A DNA stretch of 63,741 nucleotides, counting the filler, from Octopus bimaculoides (lineage: Eukaryota): NCBI RefSeq assembly GCF_001194135.2. It is 6 parts of 5 records of this genome, joined end to end, with 100 filler letters (N's around TTAATTAATTAA, not from the genome) between each part and the next. Parts side by side here need not be neighbours in the genome. Positions count along the whole stretch, not along the records: positions 60,562 to 63,741 come from NC_068985.1; 5 more parts are not named here. One strand, given 5' to 3'. The notes below the pieces were generated by a model, which saw only the letters and a list, made by a program, of their open reading frames with translations, was not told the DNA's origin and did not search any database. Position 1 is the first letter of the stretch. Each line of letters begins with the position of its first letter. Shown here piece by piece: positions 62,186 through 63,741 of this stretch. The translations under genes were made by a program, and so were the position numbers.

Positions 62186-63218
62186 ATTTATATCATAAAT
62201 CTTTTTCAACATGTCCCAGAAATAATTTATTTCAAATACTATGCACCACACATACAAGCAATAAATAAATTTTCATTTCCTTTTTTAAAGATGTGGAAGG
62301 TACTGATGAAACTATTTCATACAAGCAAAACAGTAAGTATAATTAATGCCATTAGCAAATAGTATTCTATTTAATATTACTGTCAGAATTATTTATATAA
62401 TTAATATATCTATATTATATATAAAACAGAGATGTGTGTGTAATATACTATATATAAAACAAAGATGTGTGTGTAATCGCTTATTTGATTTTCTTTTATC
62501 TCTAATTAAAAATAAATAATATTGCTTTATATTTAAGATTCACTTCTTTAAAAAGGTTTCTCAATGTCAACTTCTGGTACGGACGTGAAAAAACGGCGAC
62601 GTCTCTCACTCTCTACTTTTAATGTTCGCTTTCTGTAAACAACTACGATCAATTACTGAAACACATATTTACGAAGTTCATAAATTTAGATATTCCGTAC
62701 AAGATAGTTTTTAATGTGCTTTTATTTATACGATTTTTGGGCGTTCCATGTTCATCTCATTCATTCTTTGCAATGTTCTCTCTCTCTCTCTCTATCTCTC
62801 TCTCTCCCTCTCTATCTCTCTCTCTCCAGGTTTGATTTCGTTCCGAACTCGCACACTCCGTTAATTTTCGTAAATAAATTTTCTATTATTATTATTTTTT
62901 GGGGGGCACGCCGTGTTCAGCTCTATGTATTCGTAGTGAATCACACACTCACATGTGTGTGAGTGAAGGGGTGTGTTGTGATGTCTGCGCACATACATAA
63001 ATACATATGTATACATCTTTTCTGTGTGTATATCTGCACGTGTGTGTGTGAGAGAGAGAGGCAGACAGACAGACAGAGAGATGTTTCAGTGACCCTCTCT
63101 CTCTCTCACTCACACACACACACATACGTACAAGAAATGTATGACTATTTATGTATGTACGTGTAATTGTCGACACACCCCTTCACTGGCTCTGTCTGTC
63201 TCTGTCTCTCTCTGTCTC

Positions 63219-63251
<33 letters not shown>

Positions 63252-63438
63252 CACACACACGCGCACGCGCGCATACACACATGTGTCTTTGTAAATATGT
63301 TTGCATATATTTATGTATGTGTGTGTCTGTAAGAGACAGAGTGTGAGTGAGTCAAGGGGTGTGTTGCCATATGCATCCATCATTTTTATATGTATGTGTG
63401 CGTGTGTTTGTGTGTGAGAGAGCGCTGTGTATGTAGTA

Positions 63439-63741
63439 CTAGCAGAGGCACCCGGCGTTGCTCGGGAATGAAAATGTTGCTTATATACTTGAAGAAAAAA
63501 AGGCAAAATATGCTGTATAGAAATTTGAGAGGACATTCTGTAGATGGACTCTCAGATGAATGATGGCTGGGCGCCTCTCATGAATGGGGAAAATTGAAGA
63601 TGTGCCAAAAAGCCTCATTGGTACTTGGAAACTTTTACGAAAATTAAAATGGGGATTAAATGAAAAAAATGATTTACGTGAATATCCTCACAAGAGTAAT
63701 TGAAATAAATGGCGATTGTGGAACCCCCCATGCACGCACGC
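63439..63741 (-). mobile_element. Helitron-like element 3' end (non-autonomous), continuing beyond the window
   Basis: Minus strand reads CCCGAGCAACGCCGGG (hairpin at 63451-63466), then 8 nt, then CTAG|T, the canonical Helitron 3' terminus. Confidence 0.7.

Overview
AT-rich, microsatellite-dense eukaryotic scaffold with many N gaps. The repeat landscape (tRNA-derived SINEs, RTE-type LINE tails, abundant CA/TA/ATCT/AAT microsatellites) suggests an octopod cephalopod, but this is inferred from repeat content only. Manual translation of both strands recovers two spliced genes on the minus strand, mostly missed by the ORF track. (1) Seven phase-consistent GT-AG exons (9531->98) of a von Willebrand factor/gel-forming mucin/hemolectin-like protein with domain order VWD-C8-TIL-VWC/E-VWD. 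The gene runs off the left edge and I could not find its 5' exons. (2) A gene I do not recognise, with four well-supported exons (34129->29632) and weaker upstream candidates (36.7-39.7 kb); a diverged tandem array follows its stop codon directly. The rest is repeats: an internally deleted DD37D-type Tc1/mariner copy, MITEs and foldbacks, two Helitron-like 3' ends, SINEs (one with a 12-bp target-site duplication), an RTE LINE 3' fragment and Penelope-like hammerhead remnants. The most unusual structures are a foldback whose arms are mirror-image (TTAGGG)n/(CCCTAA)n arrays around a central hairpin (10.4-10.9 kb), and an oddly ordered double inverted repeat next to a splice acceptor of gene 2. 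No CRISPR, rRNA or true tRNA genes were seen. Several apparent repeats are assembly artefacts.
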